Assembly (NCBI GenBank): GCA_002162815.1
Contig: MAAT01000039.1
Span: 14,605 to 78,604 of the forward strand
Source of the DNA: Gammaproteobacteria bacterium 53_120_T64
GTDB taxonomy: Bacteria; Pseudomonadota; Gammaproteobacteria; Pseudomonadales; Porticoccaceae
Reading direction: 5' to 3'
DNA: 64,000 nt
Shown: in pieces, positions 10,298 through 21,908 of the stretch
How the letters are laid out: each line of letters opens with the position of its first letter
Position numbering within the stretch: the first letter of the stretch is position 1
The notes under the pieces: model-generated
What the model was told of the DNA's origin: nothing
Seen by the model: the letters and a program-made list of their open reading frames with translations, nothing else
Databases searched by the model: none
Made by a program: the position numbers and the translations under genes

Positions 10298-11188
10298 ATG
10301 ACGCAAAAAGTAGCCTTTCTCGGTCTTGGGGTAATGGGTTACCCGATGGCGGGTCATTTATCTCGCAAGGGCTTTGTGGTGACGGTTTACAATCGAACGC
10401 CAGCACGAGCCGAAGATTGGATTAAAGAATATTCTGGAAAAATGGCTTTGACACCTGCAGAGGCGGCATTAGATGCCGATATTGTCTTTGCCTGTGTTGG
10501 CCGGGATGAGGATGTACGGGCCGTCACTATCGGTCGCGAGGGGGCCTTCGAAACATTACGTAAAGGCGCTGTTTTTGTTGATCACACCACTGCTTCGGCG
10601 GCACTGGCCCGTGAGTTGGATCAGGCGTGCCAGCAGCGCGGCTGCCACTTTATCGATGCGCCGGTTTCCGGTGGCCAGCAGGGTGCCGAGAATGGCCGTT
10701 TAACCGTTATGTGTGGTGGCGAAGCCACTGTGTTTAGCAGGGTGACCCCGGTTATTGAAAGCTATGCACAAACCGTAAAATTATTGGGTCCACCGGGTAG
10801 CGGGCAATTATGCAAGATGGTCAATCAGGTGTGTATTGCCGGTTTGGTACAGGGGCTCGCAGAAGGCCTGCATTTTGCCGAAACCGCTGGCCTCGATGCC
10901 AGCAAGGTGATTGAAGTGATTTCTAAGGGGGCGGCACAATCCTGGCAAATGGAAAACCGTTATCAAACCATGTTGGCGAATGAGTTCGAACATGGCTTTG
11001 CCGTCGACTGGATGCGTAAAGATCTTGATATCGTTTTACAGGAAGCGCGACGCAACGGCTCGCAATTGCCGGTGACGGCATTAGTCGACCAATTCTATGC
11101 CGACATTCAAGTGGCGGGAGGAGGGCGCTGGGATACCTCCAGTTTGTTGACGCGTCTAAAGAGTCCAGCGAAACCCGATAAAAAATAG
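10298..11188 (+). CDS. NAD(P)-dependent oxidoreductase, 3-hydroxyisobutyrate/beta-hydroxyacid dehydrogenase family
   Basis: [17 protein letters not shown] Rossmann N-terminus plus 6PGDH-like C-terminal domain. Start moved to ATG 10298 (GGGAG RBS). Confidence 0.7.
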   Translation: MTQKVAFLGLGVMGYPMAGHLSRKGFVVTVYNRTPARAEDWIKEYSGKMALTPAEAALDADIVFACVGRDEDVRAVTIGREGAFETLRKGAVFVDHTTASAALARELDQACQQRGCHFIDAPVSGGQQGAENGRLTVMCGGEATVFSRVTPVIESYAQTVKLLGPPGSGQLCKMVNQVCIAGLVQGLAEGLHFAETAGLDASKVIEVISKGAAQSWQMENRYQTMLANEFEHGFAVDWMRKDLDIVLQEARRNGSQLPVTALVDQFYADIQVAGGGRWDTSSLLTRLKSPAKPDKK

Positions 11189-11205
11189 GCTTAGGTATCC
11201 GTAAA

Positions 11206-12516
11206 GTGAATAATCAAGATAGTTTTAATGATCAATTATTAGCCTTTTTAAAGGCCAGTCCCAGCCCCTTCCATGCCGTTGAGCAAATGGCCGCAAGGCT
11301 CGATGAGGCCGGTTTTGAATATCTTGCCGAGCAAGAGAGCTGGTCAATAGAAGCCGGTGGGCGCTACTACAGCACCCGTAATGACTCATCCATTATTGCC
11401 TTTAGCGCCGGAGATTTTAGCCAGGGTATACGCATGGTCGGTGCGCACACCGATAGCCCCTGTTTAATGGTGAAACCGCAGCCGGAAAAAGCGCAAGATT
11501 ATCTGCAGCTCGGTGTCGAGGTTTACGGTGGCGCGCTGTTAAACCCTTGGTTTGACCGAGACCTGTCTTTGGCTGGGCGAGTGATTTATCGCGATAAGGC
11601 CAGTGGCGAGTTAAAACAAAGCTTGCTCGATTTTGGCCGGGCGATAGCGACCATTCCCAGTTTGGCAATCCATCTCGATCGCGAAGCGAATAAAAACCGC
11701 ACGGTGAATCCACAAACCGATATTCCGCCCATATTGTGTACTCTTCATGGGCAGCGCAGCCGCGATTTTCGCGAGTCCTTGGCGATTGAGCTATTAGCGC
11801 AAAACCCCGAGCTTGGGGATGATGAGCAGGCCATCGAAGTGCTCGACTACGAGCTGTGTTTTTACGACGCTCAGCCCCCGGCAATTATTGGTTTGCATAA
11901 CGATTTTATTGCCTCGGCTCGGCTCGACAATTTACTCAGTTGTTTTACCGGTTTACAGGCGCTCTTGTCTAGCGCTGAAGGGCAGGCCTGCATGCTGGTT
12001 TGTAGCGATCACGAGGAGGTGGGCAGTGCCTCCGCTTGCGGTGCTCAGGGGCCGATGTTGGCATCTTTACTTGAGCGTTTACTGCCTGATGTCGGTGAAC
12101 GCACGCGCTGTCTGGCACGCTCCTTTATGGTGTCGGCGGACAATGCCCACGGCATACACCCGAATTACGCCAGCAAACACGATGCCAATCACGGTCCACT
12201 ACTGAACGCAGGGCCGGTAATTAAAATTAATGCCAATCAGCGCTATGCCACCAACAGCATAACGGCGGCGCTTTTCCGTGACTTATGTCAGCAGGCCAAT
12301 GTGCCCGTACAAAGCTTTGTCACCCGTACAGACCTAGGTTGCGGTAGCACCATCGGCCCCATTACTGCCAGTGGAATTGGTGTGCCGACCCTCGATGTTG
12401 GTGTGCCAACTTTTGCTATGCATTCGATAAGAGAGCTGGCCGGCAGCGATGACGCCTGGTCGCTGTTTAAGGTGTTGCGCCTACTTTATCAACAGACGGA
12501 AGCGGTTTCTATCTAG
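11206..12516 (+). CDS. M18 family (aspartyl) aminopeptidase
   Basis: 436 aa. …SPSPFHAV… and [11 protein letters not shown] motifs typical of M18 aminopeptidase 2. Confidence 0.75.
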   Translation: MNNQDSFNDQLLAFLKASPSPFHAVEQMAARLDEAGFEYLAEQESWSIEAGGRYYSTRNDSSIIAFSAGDFSQGIRMVGAHTDSPCLMVKPQPEKAQDYLQLGVEVYGGALLNPWFDRDLSLAGRVIYRDKASGELKQSLLDFGRAIATIPSLAIHLDREANKNRTVNPQTDIPPILCTLHGQRSRDFRESLAIELLAQNPELGDDEQAIEVLDYELCFYDAQPPAIIGLHNDFIASARLDNLLSCFTGLQALLSSAEGQACMLVCSDHEEVGSASACGAQGPMLASLLERLLPDVGERTRCLARSFMVSADNAHGIHPNYASKHDANHGPLLNAGPVIKINANQRYATNSITAALFRDLCQQANVPVQSFVTRTDLGCGSTIGPITASGIGVPTLDVGVPTFAMHSIRELAGSDDAWSLFKVLRLLYQQTEAVSI

Positions 12517-12580
12517 CGGCAGTTTGATCAAAATCACGATAGTAATCTTACGCTTTTCATTCAAAAATAAGGAATCAATA

Positions 12581-13342
12581 ATGCGATTAGCAGGAAAAGT
12601 AGCACTCATCACCGGAGCCGGTGGCCCGATGGGTATGGGTGTGGCAAAGCGCTTCGCCGAAGAGGGCGCCTCACTGATTATGAGCGATATTTCAGGTACC
12701 CGGCTGGCGCAAGGTGTCGAGGAGGTGGAGCCTTCTCTCGTCCCCGGTGCGTCGATTTATTCTCAAAAAGGTAGTGTCTTGGTGGAGGCCGAAGTCGATG
12801 CCCTGCTCGAAGGCGCCCTCAAGCAATTCGAGCAAGTCGATATTATTATCAATGTTGTGGGGGGCTTATTTCTCGATGCTCGCTATACGCCGGTGCTGGA
12901 AGTACAGGAAGAGCGATGGGATATGTGTTTCACCGTTAATATGAAGGGTATTTTCTACCTTACCCGCAAGTTGGCGCCGGGTATGCTGGGGCGCAATTAC
13001 GGTAAGATTGTCAATGTCTCCTCTGTTGAATACTGCGGGGCAGCGGGCCATGCTGACTACGCCGCAGCCAAAGCCGGGGTCACGTCTTTAACCCGCAGTC
13101 TGGCCGAAGAGCTGGCACCCAATATCAATGTCAATTGCATCGCTCCGGGCATTATCCGCACGCTGGCCATTCGCGATGTCGGCGAGGATGTGGCGAAGGA
13201 ATTTACTGAGAAAAACCTGCTCAAGCGTATGGGCGAGCCGGAAGATATTGCCAATACCGCACTGTTTCTGGCAAGTGACGAATCTAGCTATATCACTGGT
13301 GTCACCATTCCTGTCTCTGGCGGACTCTGGCCAGCACTTTAA
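12581..13342 (+). CDS. SDR family oxidoreductase
   Basis: MRLAGKVALITGAGGPMG… TGxxxG motif and YxxxK region. The ORF-track start at 12449 overlaps the upstream gene and is rejected. Confidence 0.75.
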   Translation: MRLAGKVALITGAGGPMGMGVAKRFAEEGASLIMSDISGTRLAQGVEEVEPSLVPGASIYSQKGSVLVEAEVDALLEGALKQFEQVDIIINVVGGLFLDARYTPVLEVQEERWDMCFTVNMKGIFYLTRKLAPGMLGRNYGKIVNVSSVEYCGAAGHADYAAAKAGVTSLTRSLAEELAPNINVNCIAPGIIRTLAIRDVGEDVAKEFTEKNLLKRMGEPEDIANTALFLASDESSYITGVTIPVSGGLWPAL

Positions 13343-13565
13343 TGTTTGTCGCGCTGTAGCGCGTCGATTTATCGGCCGCACCTGTTTGCAGGGCGGTCGA
13401 TAAATCGACTTCTACAGTCAGCAGTTTGAGTTTGTCGAAGACATTTCCCCTTCTTTCTATCCCTCAAATCTATCGCTTCGTACTATCGCTACTTATTGTT
13501 GTCGATAGAGTAGTGCGAGCGCAGCAATTTCGTTAAAATACGCCGTTTTTAGGCGGCGCAATCCA

Positions 13566-14664
13566 ATGCTTGAAGTTAACCCGATCAGAAATACACTGGC
13601 CGACCTGCAAGCGCGAACTGACGTGCTCAGGGGGTATCTTTGACTATGTCGAGAAGAAAGACCGCCTCACTGAAGTAGAACTGGAACTCGCCGCCCCCGA
13701 AGTATGGAATGAACCCGCCCGCGCTCAGGCCCTGGGTAAAGAGCGCTCCTCTCTTGAGTTAGTGGTCGAGACCATTGAATCCCTCGACAGCGGCGTCGCG
13801 GAAAATAGCGAGCTACTCGAGATGGCTGCCGAAGAGGACGATGCCGACACTCTCGCCGATGTCGAATCTGAAATCGCCAGCTTGACCGCACGCCTCGAAA
13901 TACTGGAATTCCGCCGCATGTTTTCCGGCGAGATGGATGCCAACAGTGCCTATCTTGATATTCAGTCCGGTTCCGGCGGCACCGAAGCTCAGGACTGGGC
14001 CGAAATGCTATTGCGTATGTACTTGCGCTGGGGTGATCAAAAAGGCTTTAAGGTCGAGCTGATTGAAGCCTCTGCCGGTGATGTCGCCGGCATCAAAAGT
14101 GCCACTGTACACTTTCAAGGTGACTATGCCTTCGGTTGGTTGCGCACCGAGACCGGTGTACATCGCCTCGTTCGAAAATCGCCCTTTGACTCGGGGAGTC
14201 GCCGCCACACGTCTTTTTCTGCCGTTTTTGTCTCGCCTGAAATCGACGATGATATTGAAATTGAAGTCAGTAAAAGCGATGTGCGTGAAGATACCTACCG
14301 CGCCAGTGGTGCCGGTGGCCAGCACGTTAACAAAACCGACTCGGCGGTACGTTTGACCCACCTGCCTACGGGCACGGTGGTGCAGTGTCAGAACCAGCGC
14401 TCTCAGCATCAAAACCGCGACAACTGCTGGAAAATGCTGAAAGCGAAGCTGTATGAGCTGGAAGAATTACGCCGTAGAGAGAGTGCCCAGGTGGTGGAAG
14501 ACAATAAATCGGATATCGGTTGGGGCAGTCAGATTCGTTCCTACGTGCTCGATGATTCGCGTATTAAAGACCTGCGCACCAATATTGAAACCCACAATAC
14601 CCAGCAAATGCTCGATGGCGACATCGATAAATTTCTCGAAGCCAGTTTGAAGGCGGGGCTTTAA
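13566..14664 (+). CDS. prfB: peptide chain release factor 2, requiring programmed +1 ribosomal frameshift
   Basis: Short frame-0 ORF ATG13566…CTT TGA(13641-13643) encodes [25 protein letters not shown]. The +1 frame continues DYVEKK… through SPF and GGQ ([16 protein letters not shown]) motifs to 14664. Internal SD AGGGGG sits 3 nt upstream of CUU UGA C. Confidence 0.9.
13628..13646 (+). promoter_or_regulatory. prfB: RF2 autoregulatory +1 frameshift site (SD-like AGGGGGU + CUU UGA C)
   Basis: aggggg tat ctt tga c read directly in the sequence. This is the canonical prfB recoding cassette. Confidence 0.9.
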
Positions 14665-14732
14665 GCCGCTGTTTACAATTAATTAGCGAATTTTTCACTC
14701 CAACACCTACGACCAAACCTCGGAATATCCCC

Positions 14733-16217
14733 ATGAGTAAAGAACAAAGCCAGCCCGTCGATGAAAACAAGCTGATTGCCGAGCGCCGTAGCAAACTGGC
14801 AGCGATCCGTGAGAAGGGCCAGGCCTTTCCCAATGACTTTCGCCGCGAAGACTTTGCCAATAAGCTTCAGGAAGAATTTGCAGAGCAGACGAAAGCAGAG
14901 CTAGAAACGCTAGGCCACCAAACCAGTGTCGCGGGCCGTATTATGGCTAAACGCGGCCCCTTTATGGTGTTGCAAGATGTCTCGGGTTCTATTCAACTCT
15001 ACGCCGATAAAAGCACGCAACAGGATATTCGCGAGCGTTGGGGTAACTGGGATGTCGGTGACTTGGTCGGGGTGCGGGGCACACTGCAGCGCTCCGGGCG
15101 CGGCGACCTCTACGTCAATCTCGAGGAATATGACCTGCTGACGAAGTCACTGCGACCGCTACCGGAAAAATTCCACGGTCTTGCCGATCAGGAAATCCGT
15201 TATCGCCAGCGCTATGTCGATTTAATCGTCAATGAAGAGTCACGTAATGTCTTTCGTCTACGCTCAAAAATTGTCGACTTTATTCGCCACTACCTGAGTC
15301 AGCGTGACTTTATGGAAGTTGAAACGCCGATGATGCAGCTCATCCCCGGCGGCGCCACGGCCCGGCCCTTTGAGACCTTTCACAATGCCCTCGACCAGCC
15401 GATGTTCCTACGTGTGGCACCGGAGCTTTATTTGAAACGACTGGTGGTGGGTGGTTTCGAGCGAGTATTTGAAATTAATCGCAACTTCCGCAATGAGGGT
15501 CTGTCGACCCGACACAACCCCGAATTCACCATGCTCGAGTTTTATCAGGCCTATGCCGATTATCGCGACCTGATGGATTTAACCGAAGATATGCTGCGTC
15601 AATTATGTGAAGCCGTACTGGGCACCAGTAAAGTGACGTACCAGGGCAGTGAGCTTGACTTCGCCCAGCCTTTTGACCGCTATACCGTGGTTGAATCTAT
15701 TTTGCACTTTAATCCCGACTTATCACTGGCGGATATCGACAGCCTGGAGAGCGCTACAAAAATTGCTGAAGGTTTGGGCATTCCCCTTAAAGAAATCTGG
15801 GGTTTGGGTAAAATTCAGATTGAGATTTTTGAAAAAACCGTTGAACACCGGCTCGATAATCCGACCTTTATTACGGCTTACCCGACAGAGGTTTCACCCT
15901 TGGCACGCCGCAATGACAATGATCCCTTTGTCACCGACCGCTTTGAGTTTTTTGTTGGCGGGCGCGAAATTGCCAATGGTTTTTCGGAGTTAAATGACTC
16001 CGAAGATCAGGCCGAACGCTTCCTCGAGCAAGTGAAAGAAAAAGACTCTGGTGATGATGAGGCGATGCACTATGACGCTGATTATATACGCGCGCTGGAG
16101 TACGGTTTACCACCGACAGCGGGCGAGGGCATCGGTATCGACCGTTTGGTGATGCTGCTGACCGACGCGCCATCGATTCGCGATGTCTTGCTTTTCCCAC
16201 ACATGCGCGCCGAGTAG
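14733..16217 (+). CDS. lysS: lysine--tRNA ligase (class II)
   Basis: 494 aa with anticodon-binding OB fold plus class II motifs. prfB-lysS linkage as in E. coli. Confidence 0.9.
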   Translation: MSKEQSQPVDENKLIAERRSKLAAIREKGQAFPNDFRREDFANKLQEEFAEQTKAELETLGHQTSVAGRIMAKRGPFMVLQDVSGSIQLYADKSTQQDIRERWGNWDVGDLVGVRGTLQRSGRGDLYVNLEEYDLLTKSLRPLPEKFHGLADQEIRYRQRYVDLIVNEESRNVFRLRSKIVDFIRHYLSQRDFMEVETPMMQLIPGGATARPFETFHNALDQPMFLRVAPELYLKRLVVGGFERVFEINRNFRNEGLSTRHNPEFTMLEFYQAYADYRDLMDLTEDMLRQLCEAVLGTSKVTYQGSELDFAQPFDRYTVVESILHFNPDLSLADIDSLESATKIAEGLGIPLKEIWGLGKIQIEIFEKTVEHRLDNPTFITAYPTEVSPLARRNDNDPFVTDRFEFFVGGREIANGFSELNDSEDQAERFLEQVKEKDSGDDEAMHYDADYIRALEYGLPPTAGEGIGIDRLVMLLTDAPSIRDVLLFPHMRAE

Positions 16218-16232
16218 TTTACTGGCGCTATA

Positions 16233-16928
16233 GTGGTGTTAAGCGATGAAAAAGGCGGCATTCAACTGGATGCCTCCTGGCGTACCGTGCTGGATGATGA
16301 GTTCGATAAACCCTACTTCCAAAGCCTCAACGACTTTCTTGTTGCAGAGCAAGCGCAAGGGAAAGTCATTTTCCCGGCTCGCCAGCACTGGTTCGCCGCG
16401 TTTAATAGCACGCCCTTCGAAGGGGTTAAAGTGGTGATTCTTGGACAGGACCCTTACCACGGGCCAGCACAGGCTCACGGTTTGTCATTTTCCGTTCCTC
16501 CCGATTTGAAAGTCCCGCCTTCACTAGTGAATATTTATAAAGAGCTGGCGACCGACCTGAATATGCCGATACCCACGCAGGGCTGTCTCGAGCACTGGGC
16601 AGAGCAGGGTGTGTTGCTGCTGAATGCGATCTTAACCGTCGAAAGTGGCCGGGCCGGCTCTCATCAAAAGAAGGGCTGGGAAATATTTACCGACCGCGCA
16701 ATACAGCGATTAAATGCACAGCGCGAAGGTCTGGTCTTTATTTTATGGGGCGCTTACGCACAAAAAAAAGGTGCCATCATTGATGGCGAGCGTCACTTAA
16801 TTATTCAGTCGCCACACCCTTCACCGCTGTCGGCCTATCGCGGGTTTTTGGGTAGCCGGCCCTTTTCTAAAGCCAATAGGTATTTAAGGTCTAACAACAA
16901 AAAAGCCATCGACTGGCAGCTTAACTGA
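16233..16928 (+). CDS. ung: uracil-DNA glycosylase
   Basis: VVILGQDPYHGPAQAHGLSFSV and HPSPLSA motifs. Confidence 0.85.
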   Translation: MVLSDEKGGIQLDASWRTVLDDEFDKPYFQSLNDFLVAEQAQGKVIFPARQHWFAAFNSTPFEGVKVVILGQDPYHGPAQAHGLSFSVPPDLKVPPSLVNIYKELATDLNMPIPTQGCLEHWAEQGVLLLNAILTVESGRAGSHQKKGWEIFTDRAIQRLNAQREGLVFILWGAYAQKKGAIIDGERHLIIQSPHPSPLSAYRGFLGSRPFSKANRYLRSNNKKAIDWQLN

Positions 16929-16969
16929 CAGTCGATGGCTCTAGTGTTGAGCGCTTAAGTACTCACATT

Positions 16970-18121
16970 TTAAGCTTTGATGGCTCCAGAGGCTTTCAAT
17001 GACGCAACCTTATCGGCACTAATGCCCCAGTCTGCCAAGACTTCATCGGTGTGAATGCCGGTAGCAGGCGTTGGCGACTTGATGGACGAGGGCGTGGCAC
17101 TAAAGCGTGGTGCCGGTGCGGGGTGCATGGCACCGTCAACTTCAACAAAAGAACCGCGTTCTTTGTTGTGCGCATAGTCGGGGGCTTCGGCCAAGCTTAG
17201 TACAGGGGCAAAGCAGATATCGGTATTTTCCATCAAGGCACACCACTCATCGCGGGTCTTGGTGAGAAAGATTTCTTTAAACTTCTCCTTCATGGCGGGC
17301 CAGCTTTCACGCTCCATTTGCGGTGGCAGTGAGTCAGGATCAAGGCCTATTTTTTCCAATAGCATAGCGTAGAACTTGGTCTCGATGGAGCCAATGGAAA
17401 CGTATTTGCCGTCGCGAGTTTCGTAGACGTTGTAAAAATGCGCGCCACTATCGAGGATGTTCGAAGCGCGTTCATCGCTTTGGTTACCGCCCCCGTGCAT
17501 GCCATAAATGGAGGTCATCAACGACAAGGCGCCGTCGACCATGCCGGCATCAACCACTTGGCCTTTACCCGAGTTTTTCACTTCGTTAAGGGCCGCGAGG
17601 ATACCGACGACGATGAACATGGTGCCGCCGCCGAAATCGCCGACCAAGTTCAGGGGTGGTGTTGGTGGCTCGTCATTACTGCGGCCAATGGCGTGCAGGG
17701 CGCCCGAAAGGGCGATGTAGTTGAGGTCGTGGCCAGCACTTTTTGACAGTGGGCCCTCTTGTCCCCAGCCCGTAACACGGCCGTAGACTAACTTGGGATT
17801 GCGCTCTAGGCAGACATCGGGGCCCATGCCCAAACGCTCCATAACACCGGGGCGGAAGCCTTCAATCACGATATCGGCTTTATCAATGAGGTCGAGCAGG
17901 GTTTCAATGCCATCGGGGTTTTTCAGATCGACGGCGATAGACTTGCGACCGCGACCGAGAAAGTTGAACTTCTTTGGCATGGGAATACCCAGGCCTGAAG
18001 CGGTGAGTCGGTCAACGCGAATAACCTCGGCACCCATATCTGACAGCATCATTGCCGCCATTGGCGCTGGGCCAATGCCCGCCAGTTCGATCACTTTTAA
18101 ACCCGTTAATGGACCACTCAT
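16970..18121 (-). CDS. CoA-transferase family III protein (CaiB/BaiF-type; acyl-CoA transferase or racemase-like)
   Basis: 383 aa. N-terminus GLKVIELAGIGPAPMAAMMLSDMGAEVIRV typical of family III CoA-transferases. Confidence 0.8.
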   Translation of the reverse strand: MSGPLTGLKVIELAGIGPAPMAAMMLSDMGAEVIRVDRLTASGLGIPMPKKFNFLGRGRKSIAVDLKNPDGIETLLDLIDKADIVIEGFRPGVMERLGMGPDVCLERNPKLVYGRVTGWGQEGPLSKSAGHDLNYIALSGALHAIGRSNDEPPTPPLNLVGDFGGGTMFIVVGILAALNEVKNSGKGQVVDAGMVDGALSLMTSIYGMHGGGNQSDERASNILDSGAHFYNVYETRDGKYVSIGSIETKFYAMLLEKIGLDPDSLPPQMERESWPAMKEKFKEIFLTKTRDEWCALMENTDICFAPVLSLAEAPDYAHNKERGSFVEVDGAMHPAPAPRFSATPSSIKSPTPATGIHTDEVLADWGISADKVASLKASGAIKA

Positions 18122-18431
18122 TTCTAATTCTCCTATTACTGTTGAGTCTTGCGACTGCGTTATTGTGGCAATAAAAAGCTATTCAGCCCCCCAAGGTATA
18201 GCGAAACTCTAGGCGTTGCAATCACGATAGAGAAATTGCTCAAATATCTTCACCAGACGCTGATAAGCAGGCTTGATGGCGCCCGATCCCGTTGGCCACG
18301 TTGTAGTAGGGGCTACCATGGGCGATAGCGTATAACAAATAGCCCGGGACTTTTTAGCCCTCAGAATGTAAAGTAACTGACTGAATTTTAAACGCCCATT
18401 TCAATATTTATCGCCATCACTGGAGGCTATT

Positions 18432-19634
18432 ATGGATTTCGATTATTCCGACAAAGTACGGGATCTGCAGCTGCGGGTTCAGGATTTTATGGACCGCGTC
18501 ATCTATCCCAACGAAGAACTTTTCTATCAGCAGCTCGAAGACGGTGGTCGCTGGTGTAAGCCCCCCATACTGGAAGAAATGAAGGACCAGGCCAAGCAAG
18601 AAGGGCTTTGGAACCTGTTTTTGCCCGAGAGTGAGCACGGCGCCGGTCTCACCAACCTTGAGTATGCCCCCCTCTGTGAAATTATGGGTAAGAGCAAGTT
18701 TGCCTCCGAGGTCTTTAACTGCTCGGCACCCGATACCGGCAATATGGAAACCATCGAGCGCTACGGTAGCGAAGAGCACAAAGAGAAGTGGCTGAAACCC
18801 TTGCTGAACGGTGAAATACGCTCCGCCTTTTGTATGACCGAGCCACTGGTTGCCTCCTCCGATGCCACCAATATTGAAACCAGTATCGTCCGCGACGGTG
18901 ATGAATATGTGATTAACGGCCGCAAGTGGTTTGCCTCCGGCGTGCACGAGCCCGATTGTAAGATCTGGATTGTGATGGGTAAAACGGATCCCACCGCAGC
19001 CAAGCACGTACAGCAGTCGATGATTCTGGTTGAGCCCGGTCTCCCCGGTATCACCGTCGAGCGCTGGTTGCCGGTATTCGGTTATGACGATGCGCCCCAC
19101 GGTCACGCCGAAGTGGTATTTAAGGACGTGCGCGTACCGGCATCCAATATTCTACTCGGCGAGGGCCGTGGTTTCGAAATCGCCCAGGGGCGTCTTGGCC
19201 CAGGCCGTATCCACCACTGCATGCGCGTGATTGGCGTCGCCGAGCGAGCGCTGGAGTTAATGTGTAAGAGAGCGATGAGTCGCGTTGCCTTTGGCAAGAA
19301 AATCTCCGAGCAAAGTGTCTGGTCAGAGCGTATTGCCGATGCCCGCATCAGCATTGAGATGACGCGCCTGCTGACACTGAAAGCGGCCCACATGATGGAC
19401 ACCGTGGGTAATAAGGTGGCTCGCGCTGAAATCGCCATGATCAAAGTCGCAGCGCCGATTGCTGCCCTAAAGATTATTGACGATGCCATTCAAGTTTACG
19501 GCGGTTGTGGTGTCACCGAAGATGTCGGCTTGGCTCGCGCCTATGCGCACACCCGAATCCTGCGTATTGCCGATGGCCCCGATGAAGTCCACCGCAATCA
19601 AATTGCCCGACTTGAGCTGAAAAAATATATGTAA
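18432..19634 (+). CDS. acyl-CoA dehydrogenase family protein (ACAD10/11-like dehydrogenase domain)
   Basis: 400 aa. N-terminus [13 protein letters not shown]… and C-terminus …[16 protein letters not shown] typical of the ACAD10/11-like subfamily. Divergent from the CoA-transferase gene. Confidence 0.8.
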   Translation: MDFDYSDKVRDLQLRVQDFMDRVIYPNEELFYQQLEDGGRWCKPPILEEMKDQAKQEGLWNLFLPESEHGAGLTNLEYAPLCEIMGKSKFASEVFNCSAPDTGNMETIERYGSEEHKEKWLKPLLNGEIRSAFCMTEPLVASSDATNIETSIVRDGDEYVINGRKWFASGVHEPDCKIWIVMGKTDPTAAKHVQQSMILVEPGLPGITVERWLPVFGYDDAPHGHAEVVFKDVRVPASNILLGEGRGFEIAQGRLGPGRIHHCMRVIGVAERALELMCKRAMSRVAFGKKISEQSVWSERIADARISIEMTRLLTLKAAHMMDTVGNKVARAEIAMIKVAAPIAALKIIDDAIQVYGGCGVTEDVGLARAYAHTRILRIADGPDEVHRNQIARLELKKYM

Positions 19635-19677
19635 TTTCCGATTCGATAAATTACTGATATTTACTGCACACTGTAAA

Positions 19678-19713
19678 AAGGCCTGCTTTCACTTGTAAAG
19701 CGGGCCTTTTTTT
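19678..19713 (+). terminator. rho-independent terminator
   Basis: ggcctgcttt…aaagcgggcc stem followed by T7. Confidence 0.65.
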
Positions 19714-19807
19714 ATTTATCCTGAGAAACCACTTTGTAATGGCTCGCCGATAATTAATAGAAGGGTTGAGCCTCTCAAACTTTTAATCAATTAAAAAGGA
19801 AAATAAA

Positions 19808-20581
19808 ATGAGTGCAATTCAGAATAGAGAGCCGAAAAGAGGCTATGCCTTAATCACCGGTGCCATTGGCGGTCTTGGTACGGCGATGACAAAACAGCTG
19901 ATTTCCGAGGGTATTGCGGTGATCGGCTGCGACCGTAAAGCCGACGAACTCGATGCCTGGCGTGCCCGGGAGCTAGATGAAGAGCAGAGTAAGATGGTCA
20001 CGCTTTTCCCCCTCGATATTACCAAGGAAGAGCTTGTTCAAGAGCTGGCGACAGAGCTAGAGCAGCGCGGTATTCATATCGCTTATCTGATTAATAATGC
20101 CGGTATTCAGGGTCCCGGCAAGGCCTGGGAGATGGACACCAAAACCTGGGATAGGGTGGTTAAAGTTAATATGTACGGCACCTTCTTCCTCTGTCGCGCA
20201 TTTTCCAAAGCTATGGTCGAAGCGGGTTTTGGGCGCATTCTTAATTTTGCCTCCCTTGCCGCTTATAACCCACCTAAAGACTGGGGTAGCTACGCCGCAG
20301 CCAAGGCTGGGGTACTCGGTTATACCCGCTCTTTGGCACTCGACTTGGCGCCGAATGGGGTTACAGTGAATGTCATCGTCCCCGGTTTAATTATGCACGA
20401 GGGTTTGCGCGAGACCATCACCGATCGTTTTGTGGAGAAAATGGAAGCCGCCGTGCCAATGAAACGCAGTGGTAAACCAGAGGAAATTGCTGCGGCAGCC
20501 TCCTTTTTTATGTCGGAGGGCTCCTCCTTTGTCACCGGCCAAACCATGCATGTTAATGGCGGTATGTTTTTACCGGGCTAA
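19808..20581 (+). CDS. SDR family oxidoreductase
   Basis: ITGAIGGLG glycine motif. NAG and YxxxK regions. Confidence 0.75.
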   Translation: MSAIQNREPKRGYALITGAIGGLGTAMTKQLISEGIAVIGCDRKADELDAWRARELDEEQSKMVTLFPLDITKEELVQELATELEQRGIHIAYLINNAGIQGPGKAWEMDTKTWDRVVKVNMYGTFFLCRAFSKAMVEAGFGRILNFASLAAYNPPKDWGSYAAAKAGVLGYTRSLALDLAPNGVTVNVIVPGLIMHEGLRETITDRFVEKMEAAVPMKRSGKPEEIAAAASFFMSEGSSFVTGQTMHVNGGMFLPG

Positions 20582-20637
20582 GCGTTTAAGCCCTATAGCA
20601 AAGTGGCCAATCTACAGCCACTTTGCTATTTAATCGT

Positions 20638-21516
20638 TTAATCTTGTAAATAAGCGAGAATTTTTGCATTGACCTCGTCGGGTCGCTCCAAATGCATAAA
20701 GTGTCCCGTGCCTTCCAGCACCACTTTTTCCAGGCCATTCGTGAAGAGATGGTCCATACCTTCAAAGGTTTCGAGGCGTCCCGGCCGGTCGCGCGTACCG
20801 TGAAAAGCCAGGCAGGGTACGGTGGTAGGTGCAGCTGCTTTTTGGTTCAGCTCTGCGAGCTTTGGATCTGCGCCGGCTGGATTAAAAGTGTGGCGATAAT
20901 AATTAATCGCGGCTGACAATGTGCCCTCATTGCGGAAGGTGTCTTTGACACCGGCAATCAGCTCAGCGGGGATAGTAAACTCCGGTGATGCGTCCTGCCA
21001 CCAGCGCTGGAGGAAGTCATAATCGTTGTGTGCCACGGCTTGCTCGGCGCTGGGCATTTGAAAGAAATAGGCGTGCCAGCCACCTTTAATGACCTCGTAA
21101 TCAAGACCCATTTTACCGAGTAGGGCGCCGGGGTGGGCGATGGCAATGGTCACTATTTTATCGATTTTCTCTGGCACAAAGGCCGCCGCGCTATAGGTGG
21201 CAAAGGCGCCCCAGTCATGGCCGATCACCGCAGCTGCATGGCCTGCGCCCAAGGTGTCAATTAAAGCGGCAACGTCAAGACCTAGGAGGGCCGCATCATA
21301 ACGACCATCGGGGGCGAGACCCGTCGGCGCATAGCCGCGCATAAAGGGCGCAACGGCGTGGTAGCCAGCAGCGGCCAGCAGTGGCAGCAGTGAACGGTAG
21401 GTATTGGCATTATCGGGGAAGCCGTGCATGCACAAGACCAGCGGGCCTTCACCCGCCTCTAAATAATGGAAGTCGATGCCATTGGCCTTTACCTTGCCGG
21501 TGATTATTTCACGCAT
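20638..21516 (-). CDS. alpha/beta-fold hydrolase (epoxide-hydrolase/haloalkane-dehalogenase-like)
   Basis: HGFPD motif, nucleophile elbow GHDWG, C-terminal cap. Confidence 0.7.
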   Translation of the reverse strand: MREIITGKVKANGIDFHYLEAGEGPLVLCMHGFPDNANTYRSLLPLLAAAGYHAVAPFMRGYAPTGLAPDGRYDAALLGLDVAALIDTLGAGHAAAVIGHDWGAFATYSAAAFVPEKIDKIVTIAIAHPGALLGKMGLDYEVIKGGWHAYFFQMPSAEQAVAHNDYDFLQRWWQDASPEFTIPAELIAGVKDTFRNEGTLSAAINYYRHTFNPAGADPKLAELNQKAAAPTTVPCLAFHGTRDRPGRLETFEGMDHLFTNGLEKVVLEGTGHFMHLERPDEVNAKILAYLQD

Positions 21517-21859
21517 TTTGTTGCCCTATTGTCATTATGAAGGTGGTTGACATAAATTATTTTGCCACAGCCGAGGGGGCGAGAAAACGTATTTTTTCGC
21601 ACTACCTTTGTTACTGCGAGACTACTATTTTATAGACATTGAGGACTTGCGTGAGCGGGTAAAAAAGCGTCGAACTCGAGATACAGGGTGTCTTTCCATC
21701 ACGGCCAAAAGGTTAAGGTAGAGGGATGAAAATAAGTTGGGGGGTCTTTTTCGCGGATATTTCTGTCTCTTCTCGGGGTCTGAGTTACTAGGCAGTTGCA
21801 CGACTGAATAGGGTCGCGCAGTATTTAATGACCCTTTTTTTCTTTGTTAAATCCCGATC

Positions 21860-21893
21860 AAAAAAAAGGGTGCCAATTGTAGGCACCCTTTTT
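21860..21893. terminator. bidirectional rho-independent terminator
   Basis: A8-gggtgcc-aattgta-ggcaccc-T5. Confidence 0.75.
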
Positions 21894-21908
21894 AATGCAA
21901 TGAAAAGC

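Noticed and set aside
12449-12580. Upstream extension of the SDR ORF (ORF-track start 12449)
   Set aside because: It overlaps the 3' end of the M18 aminopeptidase gene. The SDR N-terminal Gly motif begins right after ATG 12581.
17438-18212. Several 70-139-aa plus-strand ORFs inside the CoA-transferase gene
   Set aside because: Antisense to a well-supported 383-aa CDS.
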